From an uncultured Christensenella sp. (GTDB lineage Bacteria; Bacillota; Clostridia; Christensenellales; UBA1750), in NCBI GenBank assembly GCA_948468595.1, contig CAOKIU010000004.1:1988-65987 (forward strand): a stretch of DNA of 64,000 nt, written 5' to 3'. Every line of letters begins with the position of its first letter. Position 1 is the stretch's first letter. The position numbers and the translations under genes were made by a program. Shown here in pieces: positions 1 through 9,621 of this stretch. A model generated the notes under the pieces. It made no database searches, was not told where the DNA came from, and was given only the letters and a program-made list of their open reading frames with translations.

Positions 1-966
1 CATCTCCTTAAAGTTCTCGCTGCGGTAGGAAACCTGCGGCCAGACCGAGACCATGACCTTCATGCCCATGGATTCCAACTCCTGCACCATCGCCTTGGGG
101 TCGGGCCAGAACTCCTCCTCAAAGCGGTAGTCGCCCATGAAGGGCCAGTGGAAGAAGTCGATGACGATGACATCCACCCGGACGCCGCGGCGATGGTACT
201 CGCGCGCCACGTTGAGCAGCTGCTCCTGGTTCCAATAGCGCAATTTGCACTGCCAGAAGCCCAGGCCGTATTCCGGCATGACGGGCGCGTGGCCCACGGC
301 GTCGGCATACTCCTTTTCAATCTGAGCGGGCGTATCCCCGGCGCAGATCCAGTAGTCCATCTGCCGGGTGTTCTCCGCCACCCACTCGGTCAGGTTGTAG
401 CCAAAGCTGGCGCGGCCGATGGCGGGATTGTGCCACAAAAAGCCGTAGCCCTTGTTGGAGAGAACAAAGGGCACGCTGGCCTGCGAGTTGCGCTGCGCCA
501 GCTCAAAGAAGGAGCCCTTGCAGTTGAGGACCTCCTGCTGGTATTGCCCCATGCCGTAGAGCTTTTCGCTCTCGTCCGCCTCAAACTCCACCACCAGCTT
601 GCACTCGCCGCCCGGCAGGGGCAGGAACTGGCGCGGCTTGATCTTCAGCGCGTCGGTGCCGGCGCGCTCGGCGAGCAGGAGCTCGCCCCTCTGATTGTAG
701 TAGGAGACCGTAAGCCTGTCCGGCCGGTCGGGGCAATGGCGCACCACCGCCTTGAGCCGGCCGACGGTAACGGTGGCCTCCTCGCCGCAAATCGCAATCT
801 CGGCCTTGGATGCCGCGGGCTCCAGCAGCGCCCAGCCGGGCAGCTCGGGTTCGCCCATGTAGCGGGCAACCACGCGCAGCGCGTTTTCCCCCCAGGGGAT
901 CAGCCACAGGTTTTCCCCTTGATAGCGGCACTTGAGCATGCCGCCGTCGTTTACAAACATGGCCAT
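1..966 (-). CDS. Glycoside hydrolase family 31 (alpha-xylosidase/alpha-glucosidase-like), N-terminal 322 codons; gene continues past the left edge
   Basis: Missing from the ORF track because no stop lies in-window. Own reverse-strand translation from ATG at 966 (GGGAG upstream) reads MAMFVNDGGMLKCRYQGENLWLIPWGEN...RGVRVDVIVIDFFHWPFMGDYRFEEEFWPDPKAMVQELESMGMKVMVSVWPQVSYRSENFKEM and is open to base 1. The IDFFHW..FWPDP..MVSVWP block is typical of GH31 catalytic barrels. Confidence 0.8.
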   Translation of the reverse strand, partial: MAMFVNDGGMLKCRYQGENLWLIPWGENALRVVARYMGEPELPGWALLEPAASKAEIAICGEEATVTVGRLKAVVRHCPDRPDRLTVSYYNQRGELLLAERAGTDALKIKPRQFLPLPGGECKLVVEFEADESEKLYGMGQYQQEVLNCKGSFFELAQRNSQASVPFVLSNKGYGFLWHNPAIGRASFGYNLTEWVAENTRQMDYWICAGDTPAQIEKEYADAVGHAPVMPEYGLGFWQCKLRYWNQEQLLNVAREYHRRGVRVDVIVIDFFHWPFMGDYRFEEEFWPDPKAMVQELESMGMKVMVSVWPQVSYRSENFKEM

Positions 967-1191
967 GTCGTCTTCTCCCTTTCTATCGCAGTGGATCGCG
1001 TGGGCAGGAATGCCGCCTTGCGGCCGCTCATCCCGTAGCGCCCAGGTTTTCCCTCTCGCTATTGAGTGTATCGCGTATCTTTTTCGATGTCAATCGCGCT
1101 TTTTACAGCAAGTGCGACCAAATGGAGGGGAGAGCGGAGCAGGCGAGCGGGCAATCCCTGCCCGCTCGCCCAATGCCCATATGCCCTGCGG

Positions 1192-2952
1192 TTAGGGCAG
1201 TTCAGCCTTGCGGGCGGCGAACTCCGCCTCCGCGCCTTCGATATTCCAGGTAAGCAGTTCCGGGTAGCCCAGGCCGTCGGCCTTGTCCACCATCTCGCTC
1301 CACAGGGCGTTAAACTGCGCCTCGTCGGCGGCAAAGACCATGCGCCAGGAGTATTCCTGCACGATTTGACCGATGGTGCTCTTCTTCTGCTCCAGATCCT
1401 GGCTCATGACGCGGGCGCCGTCCGGCATGAAGGGCACTTTGTAGATGGAGAGCATGTCGTTCTTCTCAAAGTATTCCTTGGGTGTGCGCACGCCAAAGTG
1501 CGCGCGCCAGGAATCCAGCGCGGGGTTGGTGTCCATGTCCAGCACGCTGGTCCACATCTTGTTGAGGAACGGCTCGCCGAACTTCTTGGAAACCGTGGTG
1601 TTGGTCAGGGTGCCGGGGCTGAACTTGGGCTGGCCGTCGTTGTACTGCCCGCCGCCCCATTCCTCGGGCACGGTCGTGGTGCTGTTGTTGTAGATCTCAA
1701 CGCCCAGCTCGGTCAATTCCGGCTTGCCCTCTTCGTTGTAGTTCCAGGCCATGCCCTCCGGGCCGTTGAAGTAGACCATGGTTCCCTCGTCCGAATAGAC
1801 CCAGTTCAGGAAGTCCATCAGCCGCGCCGGGTCCTTGGCCTTGGCGCCGATGCAGGTGGTGCGGATGCCGCCGTAGGTGGACTGGCTGTAGGAGTAGATC
1901 TTTTCGTTCTGGACGGGCACCATGTACATGCCCTTGCCCTCCTGGGTGTGCGCCGGGGTGTTGTAGCCCGTCACCCAGCTAAAGTAGCTGGAAAGCACCT
2001 GGCCGTCCTGTATTTTGGCCGTGACATCCGCGTTCTTTTGCGAGATGGAGTCCGGGTCCACCAACCCCATCTGGTTGGCGTCGAAGAACAGCTTGAGCGA
2101 GCGGTAGTACATGCCGCCCTCCTCTAAGAAGGACTCGTACTTGGGCTCCGCGCCGCTGATGAAGAGCAGGTTGCCGGTATCGCCGTCGTTGTAGCCCAGC
2201 ATCGCGCCGTACTGCTTGGCGAACATCATGTGCGTGCTGTCCCAGTCCGACCACATGGAAAAGCCGTAGGTGGGCTTGCCGGTGTCGGAGGTGGGGCAGA
2301 GCGCCTGCATCTGTTGGAGCACGGGCAGCAGATCCTCCAGCGTGTCGATCTTAGGGCAGCCCAGCTGCTGGTACAGGTCCCAGCGCAGATACGGGCCCCA
2401 GATCATGTCGGTGCCCTCGTTGGGCCCCTCATCGTCGTAGGAGACGTTGTAGCCGATGCCGTAGATGTGCTCCCCATCGCCGAACATGGCCTTGTTGTAT
2501 TCCAGCGCCTCGGGGAAGTTCTGAAGGAAGGTCGGGCCGTACTGTTCCAGCAGGCCGTCCTGCTGCCAGTCCATAATCAGCCCCGCGTCCACGGCATTTT
2601 TGATGGTCTCCACGGCGCTGTCGCCGAAGATCACCAAGTCGCCCAGGTCGCCGGAGGCCATCATCGTGGCCAGCTTGCTGTCGCCGCCCTCCAGGTTGGT
2701 GGCGATGATGTTGTGCTCCATGTTGAACTTGTCCTTGAGGATCTTGCCGAACCAACCCGGCTGGATGCCGGCGTAGTTCGAGGTCATGGAGAACACCTGC
2801 ACCGTGTAGAGCGAGCTTTTGTCAAGGCCGCCCTCGGTTTCGGGCTGTTGTGCGGGCGTTGCCGGCGCCTCCGAGGGTGCGGGCGCCGCGGCGCAGCCAG
2901 CCAGCGCGCAGGCGAGGACCAGCGCAAGGAGCGTAGCGAGAATTCGTTTCAC
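1192..2952 (-). CDS. ABC transporter extracellular solute-binding lipoprotein (large LplA-type, carbohydrate)
   Basis: ORF 1192..3267 trimmed by 105 codons to the GTG at 2952, which follows AGGAGG. N-terminus VKRILATLLALVLACALAGC is a signal peptide plus lipobox. About 586 aa, directly downstream of two sugar permease genes. Confidence 0.85.
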   Translation of the reverse strand: MKRILATLLALVLACALAGCAAAPAPSEAPATPAQQPETEGGLDKSSLYTVQVFSMTSNYAGIQPGWFGKILKDKFNMEHNIIATNLEGGDSKLATMMASGDLGDLVIFGDSAVETIKNAVDAGLIMDWQQDGLLEQYGPTFLQNFPEALEYNKAMFGDGEHIYGIGYNVSYDDEGPNEGTDMIWGPYLRWDLYQQLGCPKIDTLEDLLPVLQQMQALCPTSDTGKPTYGFSMWSDWDSTHMMFAKQYGAMLGYNDGDTGNLLFISGAEPKYESFLEEGGMYYRSLKLFFDANQMGLVDPDSISQKNADVTAKIQDGQVLSSYFSWVTGYNTPAHTQEGKGMYMVPVQNEKIYSYSQSTYGGIRTTCIGAKAKDPARLMDFLNWVYSDEGTMVYFNGPEGMAWNYNEEGKPELTELGVEIYNNSTTTVPEEWGGGQYNDGQPKFSPGTLTNTTVSKKFGEPFLNKMWTSVLDMDTNPALDSWRAHFGVRTPKEYFEKNDMLSIYKVPFMPDGARVMSQDLEQKKSTIGQIVQEYSWRMVFAADEAQFNALWSEMVDKADGLGYPELLTWNIEGAEAEFAARKAELP

Positions 2953-2987
2953 GTTTTTGTCCTCCTTCTTTGGTTTTAGGTGTATTT

Positions 2988-3908
2988 TTATCCCTTCACA
3001 GCGCCGATCATAATGCCCTTGACAAAGTAGCGCTGGAAGAAGGGATAGACGAACAGGATGGGCAGCACCACGACCATGGAGACCGTCATGCGCACGGATT
3101 CCGGCGTCTGCATGGTGGATAGGTCCATGTTGGCCATGAGCGTGGGGTCGGACTTGAGCAGCGCCGCAAGGGACGCGGCTTCGTTCAAGTACCGGTACAA
3201 GAGGAATTGCAGGGTGAAGTACTGGGCGTCCGACATCAAAAACAGGGTGTCGGTAAAGGCGTTCCATTGGCTCACCGCGCCGAAGATGGCGATGGTGGCC
3301 AGAATCGGCTTGATCAGCGGGATGATGATGCTAACGAGGATGATGCCAAAGCCCGCGCCGTCCAGCTGCGCCGATTCCTCCAGCGACGCCGGAACCGATT
3401 CCACGAACGTCTTGACCAGGATGATGTTGTAGGGGCTGACGATGGTGGGCAGGATGTAGGCCAGGAAGTTGTTGGTGAGCTTTAATGTGTTCATGGTGAT
3501 GTACCAGGGAATGATGCCGGCGTTAAAATACATCGTCACCACCACAAAGCGGTACCAGAATTTGCGCATCCACATCTTTTCCTTGGTGAAAAGGTAGCCG
3601 CAGGTCGCGCTGGCCAGCACCATGAGCCCCGTGCCGATCCCCGTGCGCCCCACGCTCAGCAGGGCCGCGCGGCCGATGCCGCGGATCTTTAATACCTCAA
3701 CATAGTTGCCAAAGTGTACGCCCACCGGATAGAACATCACGTCCCCAAGGCTGGAAACCTGGTTGTCGGAAATCGTGTTGATGAACAGGTAGTAAAACGG
3801 AAACACGCACAGCAGCGTGAACAACCCGAAGAACAGGTAGTTCAGCGCGTTAAAGGCGATGTCCCCGCCGCTGAGCCGCAGCTTGACCGCTTGGCGTTCC
3901 CTCATCAT
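2988..3908 (-). CDS. Carbohydrate ABC transporter permease (LplC/YtcP-type)
   Basis: Polytopic membrane protein with EAA-loop motif ESAQLDGAGFGIILVSIIIPLIKP. Tightly packed with the neighbouring permease and SBP genes. Confidence 0.9.
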   Translation of the reverse strand: MMRERQAVKLRLSGGDIAFNALNYLFFGLFTLLCVFPFYYLFINTISDNQVSSLGDVMFYPVGVHFGNYVEVLKIRGIGRAALLSVGRTGIGTGLMVLASATCGYLFTKEKMWMRKFWYRFVVVTMYFNAGIIPWYITMNTLKLTNNFLAYILPTIVSPYNIILVKTFVESVPASLEESAQLDGAGFGIILVSIIIPLIKPILATIAIFGAVSQWNAFTDTLFLMSDAQYFTLQFLLYRYLNEAASLAALLKSDPTLMANMDLSTMQTPESVRMTVSMVVVLPILFVYPFFQRYFVKGIMIGAVKG

Positions 3909-3920
3909 TGCTTCCCCCTT

Positions 3921-4865
3921 TTAAAGAATGGTGTTGCCGCGGATGGCCTTGGACAGGCCGTTGGCCACGAACAGCAGCGTCAGACTCACGATGGATTTGA
4001 GGATGCTGACCGCGGTGGCATAGGAAAAGCTGCCGCCGCCCAGGCCGATGTTGTACACATAGAGATCCAGCACCTCGATGCGGTTGCGGTTCATGGGGTT
4101 TTGAAAGACGAAGTACTGCTCCATGCCGTTGGAGATGAAGTTGGCGATGGAGAGCAGCAACAGCACGAAATAGGTCTCCATGATGCCCGGCACCGTGATG
4201 TGCCACATGATTTGGAACCGGCCCGCCCCATCGATGCGCGCCGCCTCATACAGCTCCTGGTCGATGCCCGCGATGGCCGCAAGGTACATGATCGAGGACC
4301 AGCCCAGCGTCTTCCAGATGTGCCAGACGCACATCTTGAGCCAGGTGTGGGAGGGATCGGCGAGGAAGTTGACGGGGCGCTGAAGAACCCCCAGCTTGAG
4401 CAGCAGGCCGTTGAGGAACCCGTTGTTGGTGTTGAACAGCGCATAGGCGAAGGAATACACCAGCACCCAGGAGATGAAGTTGGGCAGCGTGGTCAGGATC
4501 TGCACGCTTTTTTTGTACCAAGGCGTCTTGACCTCGCTTAAAAACACCGCAAAGGCCACCGGCAGCACCGAACAGGCGATGTTGAGCAGGCTCATGGCGA
4601 TGGTGTTGGTCATCACCCGCATCACCTCCGCGCGCTGCACGGGGCTGGAGACCAGGGCGGAAAACCACTTCAGCCCCACGAAGGACTCCCGGCTCAGCGG
4701 GATTCCCGGCCGGTAGTCGAAAAAGGCGTAGGACCACCCGAACAGCGGGCCGTAGCTGAAGACGAGCACCAGCAGAATAAAGGGCAAAACCATTAAAAAC
4801 AGCTTGTACTTGTCCGGCAGACTCGCGCGTTTTGAGGTTGAGCGCGTTGCGGCGTGGACGGTCAT
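3921..4865 (-). CDS. Carbohydrate ABC transporter permease (LplB/YteP-type)
   Basis: Polytopic membrane protein with EAA-loop motif YEAARIDGAGRFQIMWHITVPG. First gene of the permease-permease-SBP-GH31 string. Confidence 0.9.
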   Translation of the reverse strand: MTVHAATRSTSKRASLPDKYKLFLMVLPFILLVLVFSYGPLFGWSYAFFDYRPGIPLSRESFVGLKWFSALVSSPVQRAEVMRVMTNTIAMSLLNIACSVLPVAFAVFLSEVKTPWYKKSVQILTTLPNFISWVLVYSFAYALFNTNNGFLNGLLLKLGVLQRPVNFLADPSHTWLKMCVWHIWKTLGWSSIMYLAAIAGIDQELYEAARIDGAGRFQIMWHITVPGIMETYFVLLLLSIANFISNGMEQYFVFQNPMNRNRIEVLDLYVYNIGLGGGSFSYATAVSILKSIVSLTLLFVANGLSKAIRGNTIL

Positions 4866-4999
4866 GGCAGCATTCCTCCTAAGGTTTCATGCGGTTTTGC
4901 AGCGGTTTTTGTACTTTCATTATGGCCCATTTTCCGCTTTGCCGTCCATATCAATAATCACGGAATCATCTCAAAAAGCAACAAATGTTAATGGGCGGT

Positions 5000-5042
5000 A
5001 AAAAAGCCCCTTGCCGGCAGATGAACGCTGCTGGCAAGGGGC
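5000..5042 (-). terminator. Rho-independent terminator of the ARH-fold gene
   Basis: The minus strand reads GCCCCTTGCCAGCAGCGTTCATCTGCCGGCAAGGGGC (15-bp stem with one G-U) followed by TTTTTT, 44 nt after the stop at 5086. Confidence 0.8.
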
Positions 5043-5085
5043 TGGGAGCATGGGGGAAGACGCCGCGCCGCTTTAGGCCGTGGCG

Positions 5086-6651
5086 CTACACGCGCGGCTG
5101 GTTGGGAATGGGGTAGGGGCCACGCTTTTCCCAAACGGTGGGAACGGGCGTGCCGCCCTCGTTGAGCAGGACGAAGGGCACGCAGTGCGTCATGCCCTTT
5201 TTGTTCTCCTCAAAGGTGAATTCCGCCACAAACCGGTAGAGCGGACGGGTGAGCTGTTCGACCAAAACCTCGAACTCCACCGCCTTGGTTCCGCTGCCCA
5301 GGTGCGCCATGGAGACGAAAACCGCCGCGTCCTTGGAGGGCAGCACCTGCACCTCGTCCTGCGCATAGAGGTGGACGAGCACCCGGTCGCCGGAGATGGA
5401 TTTGGAGTTGTTGGAGATCAGAAAGCGAATCCTCTTGGGCACGCCGTTTTCCAGCACCGGCTCCCCCAGATAGTCCAGGCGCACATTCATATAGGGGAAG
5501 CAATACTTGACGGTGTTCATCTCGGCATAGAGGTTTTGGAAGTAGTCCTTGGCAAAGAAGTCCGGCGCCGCGCCCGCGTCTTGGGGGGTGAACTGAATGT
5601 CCAGTCCCATCTGCTCCACGGCCTTGAGGAAGAGAGCTTCCACGCGCGCGCTCATCTCGTCGATGGTGGCGGGGATGCGGCCGCTGAGGCGGAAGGGGTC
5701 CAGCGACACCGTCTTGATGCCGCGGCCGATGGGGGCGATCCACTTTTCGTCAATGCACGCAATTCCGTACATCAGGCCGTACATCGCCGCGATGGTGCCC
5801 GCCGTGCAGTCCGTGTCCTCCCCAAAGCTCACCGCCGTGAGAATCGATTCGTCGAAGCTGCCCGCGCATTTGAGCAGCGAATAGACCAAAATAAACAGGT
5901 TGGAGGGCACGTCCCAGCCCATCTTCCCCTCCTTATAGCCATTGCGCTCATCCTCGGGGGAGATGTAATGCCATTCAATGTGGCCAATCCATTCCTTGAG
6001 CATCACCTGGCGCGCCTGCTCGCGGTCCAAGCCCGCCTCCACGCACGCCACGGCCCTGCGCACGGCGCGGGATACGGCGCAGTCCTCGGGAATGTAGGAG
6101 AGGCCGATATCGATGAGGGTGGGAACGCGGGTCTCAAAAAAGCAGGCGGATTCCATTGCCGCGACAAAGACCTCGGCATAGACGCCTTCGCCGTTGCCGT
6201 GATCCACCACCGCGTCCTCAAAGGCGTATCGGGCCGCAAGCTCGGGATGGCCGGGGAAGAGGCAGGCCCAGATCTCCGCCCGGATGAAGGAGCCGCAGCT
6301 ATCCTTAAAGTCGTTGTTGTGCGTGCCGGAGACGGGCGGTTGCAGCCCCGCGCGCAGGTTTGTCTTGGCCGTGCCGTACTCGCCGTGGGTGAAGATCATC
6401 AGCTCGTTGAAGTACTGGCCCAGGTCCTTGCAGTCCAGGTTCAGCCCCTTGTCCTCCAGCGCGATGAGCCAGAGAATCTGGATGTCCAGATCGTCGTTGG
6501 GCAGCGGCTCGCCCGTCATTTCGTGCGTGTAATAGGTGACGTCGTTGGGCTGCCGGTTCCACTCCATGGGCATGCCCAGGGTGCCGCCGACGTTTTTGCC
6601 AATCCAGCAACCCGTAAGGCGGTTCCGGTAATCGGAAAGAGAGAGATACAT
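5086..6651 (-). CDS. ADP-ribosylglycohydrolase-fold protein with ~180-aa C-terminal extension
   Basis: ORF 5086..7758 trimmed by 369 codons to the ATG at 6651 (AAAGGAGG upstream); the discarded part overlaps the AraC gene on the other strand. Motifs CWIGKNVGGTLGMPMEW, DHGNGEGVYAEVFVAAME and FGEDTDCTAGTIAAMYG match the ARH (DraG/ARH3) family pattern. Confidence 0.8.
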   Translation of the reverse strand: MYLSLSDYRNRLTGCWIGKNVGGTLGMPMEWNRQPNDVTYYTHEMTGEPLPNDDLDIQILWLIALEDKGLNLDCKDLGQYFNELMIFTHGEYGTAKTNLRAGLQPPVSGTHNNDFKDSCGSFIRAEIWACLFPGHPELAARYAFEDAVVDHGNGEGVYAEVFVAAMESACFFETRVPTLIDIGLSYIPEDCAVSRAVRRAVACVEAGLDREQARQVMLKEWIGHIEWHYISPEDERNGYKEGKMGWDVPSNLFILVYSLLKCAGSFDESILTAVSFGEDTDCTAGTIAAMYGLMYGIACIDEKWIAPIGRGIKTVSLDPFRLSGRIPATIDEMSARVEALFLKAVEQMGLDIQFTPQDAGAAPDFFAKDYFQNLYAEMNTVKYCFPYMNVRLDYLGEPVLENGVPKRIRFLISNNSKSISGDRVLVHLYAQDEVQVLPSKDAAVFVSMAHLGSGTKAVEFEVLVEQLTRPLYRFVAEFTFEENKKGMTHCVPFVLLNEGGTPVPTVWEKRGPYPIPNQPRV

Positions 6652-6825
6652 GGCCGTTCCTCCTTTGGCGGAATCCTCTGTTTGCCTATCATTGTACCCG
6701 AGGCCGCGCCAATTGTTTAGGGGGGATTTTTGTGAGAATAGGGGTGCGTTTTGCGTGGAAATTTGCGGGTGGAGGATGGATTTTGCTCGCGCGCGGAGGT
6801 ACAATGAGACAGAGGAGGGATCGCA

Positions 6826-7803
6826 ATGGAGCAGGAGCGGTTTGCCCGCGCCATGGCGGGCGGTCAGGACGCGCAAAGCGAGGGGGAGTGGTTCCAGGTG
6901 ACGCTCTGCCCGGATGGGGAGCTCGTTTGGGAGGGCCGGCGCTGCACCCTCGCCCCAGGCGCGGCGGGCTTTCGGGGCGGACGGCACCTCGGCGCGTCGG
7001 GCCTGCGGCTCTCGTTTTACGAGGCGGTGCAGACCGAGAACTGCAACCGATACCGCATGCCCTGCACGGATTTTGCACAGATCAGCGGGGAGGTGGGCGC
7101 GGTGGACAAATCTCCCGCGCGCATTGAGGCGGAGCGGCGCATCGTGCGCGACATTGAGAACGAGCGCGGGGCGCACCTGACGCGGCTCATCGAGGAGTGG
7201 TTTGACACCGAACCGAACGCGGACGTGGAGACGCTGCGCCTGCTGGTCATCGAGCTGCACCACGTCATCAAGTGGAAGCTGTTTGACGCCCACAGCCTGA
7301 ACGCCGCGCGCGTCAAGCGCGGCTTTGAGGTCTACGAAATCTTGGGCGTGCCCACGGTCGAAGCGCTGAGGCAATGGATGCGGGATTGGGTGATCTACAC
7401 CTTTTTGATTGTCGCGCCGCTGTGCGACGTGCCCGCGCGCCGCGTGGCCCGGGCGGTGCGCTATATGGAGGAGAACGCGGCGGCGCATCCGCGCGTCTTT
7501 GAGGTGGCGGCGCATCTGAATATGGACCCTGCGTATTTTTCCAACGTCTTTAAGCGGGAGACGGGCCTTTCGCCCAGCGCGTACATCCTGCGCCTTAGGC
7601 TGGACAAGGCGGAGGCCATGCTCAAAAGCGGGGTGCCTGTTGGGCGCACCGCGCAGCGGTTGGGCTTTTCCGACCTTAAGGCGTTTCGCGCGGCGTACAG
7701 GGCGAGGTTTGGCGTTCCGCCCTCCCACGCTAAGCAGGGCAGCCCGCCAATTAACCAACTGTTAACGCCCTCGCCGGTTGACAAAACGACAAATAGAATC
7801 TAA
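6826..7803 (+). CDS. AraC/XylS-family transcriptional regulator
   Basis: C-terminal double HTH: VAAHLNMDPAYFSNVFKRETGLSPSAYILRLRLDKAEAMLKSGVPVGRTAQRLGFSDLKAFRAAYRARFGVPP. GAGGAGGG RBS lies before the ATG. Divergent from the ARH/sugar locus. Confidence 0.85.
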   Translation: MEQERFARAMAGGQDAQSEGEWFQVTLCPDGELVWEGRRCTLAPGAAGFRGGRHLGASGLRLSFYEAVQTENCNRYRMPCTDFAQISGEVGAVDKSPARIEAERRIVRDIENERGAHLTRLIEEWFDTEPNADVETLRLLVIELHHVIKWKLFDAHSLNAARVKRGFEVYEILGVPTVEALRQWMRDWVIYTFLIVAPLCDVPARRVARAVRYMEENAAAHPRVFEVAAHLNMDPAYFSNVFKRETGLSPSAYILRLRLDKAEAMLKSGVPVGRTAQRLGFSDLKAFRAAYRARFGVPPSHAKQGSPPINQLLTPSPVDKTTNRI

Positions 7804-7806
7804 AAT
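7778..7806 (+). promoter_or_regulatory. Sigma-A-type promoter for the met leader/operon
   Basis: TTGACA (7778-7783), exactly 17 nt of spacer, TAAAAT (7801-7806). Confidence 0.65.
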
Positions 7807-7835
7807 GTACACAAATTCAATACTCCTTGGAAAGA

Positions 7836-8116
7836 CAGTGAAGAGAAGAGTAGTTCTTCTGCCGGCGTGCCCAGAGAATCCGCGTTTGCTGCGAGCGGAT
7901 CACGCGAGGAGGACGAACATGGTCTCGGAGTCGCGCGGTCGAGGCAGGATGCTTAGGCTGCGGCGGGGTCGCCCGTTATAGCGAGACGGTATAAGCGGCA
8001 GACTGCGGTTTCCGCCGTACCGGATGAGGCCCGTCCCGCGAGGGAGGGGCGAAAAAAGGTGGTACAACGAAGCGTGTGCTCTCGTCCTTTGCGGGGACGG
8101 GAGCTTTATTCTTTTC
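7836..8116 (+). promoter_or_regulatory. T-box leader (tRNA-sensing riboswitch), probable Met specifier, with intrinsic terminator
   Basis: Stem I base AGUGAAGAGAAGAGUAG (GA/K-turn plus AGUA S-turn) resembles glyQS GAUGAGAAGAAGAGUA, and an AGAGA bulge is present (CCAGAGAA). Helix GUUCUUCU/AGGAGGAC brackets a specifier loop GAAC-AUG-G (AUG at 7919-7921). T-box sequence AAAAAGGUGGUACAACG sits at 8053-8069. Terminator CUCUCGUCC..GGACGGGAG (8079-8103) is followed by CUUUAUUCUUUUCU. Confidence 0.7.
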
Positions 8117-8191
8117 TCCCCCCGTAAATCGGGGCAAGGGAGAGGGCAAGGCCAAGGAGAGATTAGGCTTGGGAACAAAGGGGTGAGGAAC

Positions 8192-8934
<743 letters not shown>

Positions 8935-8947
<13 letters not shown>

Positions 8948-9603
8948 TTGGCCGGCACCTGCCCATGCTGCTGGAGGGCTCGGGCGAGACGCTCTACATC
9001 ACCTTCGCTTCCGCGTTCTTAGCTTACTTGATCGGCGTGCCGCTGGGCATCGCCCTGATCGTAACCGACAAGGGCGGCCTCCGCCCGCAGCGCGCGTTTA
9101 ACGCGGTGCTGGGTTGGATCGTCAACATCGGGCGCTCCATTCCCTTCATCATCCTCATGCTGGTGATCTCCCCGCTCACGCGCCTGATCGTGGGCCGTGC
9201 CTACGGCACCAACGCCACCATCGTGCCGCTGGTCATCGCCGCGGCGCCCTTTGTGGCCCGAATGGTGGAACAGTCCTTAAAGGAAATTGATCAGGGCGTG
9301 GTGGAGGCGGCCCGCACCATGGGCGCCACCAATTTGGAGATCATTTGGAAGGTGCTCTTGCCGGAGTCCGTTCCCTCGCTCATCCGCGGGGCGGCCGTGA
9401 CCATCATCACCTTGGTCGGCTATTCCGCCATGGCCGGCGCCGTTGGCGGCGGCGGATTGGGCGATATCGCCGTTCGGTACGGAATGCACCGCTACGAATA
9501 CGACGTGATGATCCTGACGCTGGTGCTCATCGTCATCATCGTCCAGGTCATACAGGTGGTCTTTGACCTCATTGCCAAAAAGATTGATAAGAAAGTCAAA
9601 TAA
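8935..9603 (+). CDS. metI: Methionine ABC transporter permease
   Basis: Polytopic membrane protein with MetI-type EAA region EAARTMGATNLEIIWKVLLPES. The ATG overlaps the metN 3' end and follows GGGAGG. Confidence 0.9.
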
Positions 9604-9621
9604 ACAGGAGGAATGTCATTT

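Noticed and set aside
148-1038. 296-aa plus-strand ORF (and small minus ORFs at 60-931)
   Set aside because: It is the exact antisense or off-frame image of a clearly recognisable GH31 reading frame that runs 966 to 1. It has Ala/Leu/Val/His/Arg-rich composition, no RBS and no family resemblance.
5080-6720. 546-aa plus-strand ORF
   Set aside because: Antisense to the ARH-fold gene, with low-complexity composition typical of GC-rich mirror frames.
6652-7758. N-terminal 369 codons of the 890-aa ORF 5086..7758
   Set aside because: This part is Arg/Ala/Pro/His-rich and lies antisense to the AraC regulator gene. The ARH homology begins at the internal ATG at 6651, which has a strong RBS.
7836-8116. 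SAM-I (S-box) riboswitch upstream of metNIQ
   Set aside because: This is the expected regulator in many Firmicutes, but the S-box core (GAGGGA..GGCCC..GCAACC..GGUGCUAA) is absent, whereas Stem I, specifier and T-box motifs are present.
8024-8191. Upstream extension of the metN ORF
   Set aside because: It would translate through the T-box antiterminator/terminator. The ABC ATPase N-terminus (MIRVKNLTKVF) starts at 8192, after an RBS.
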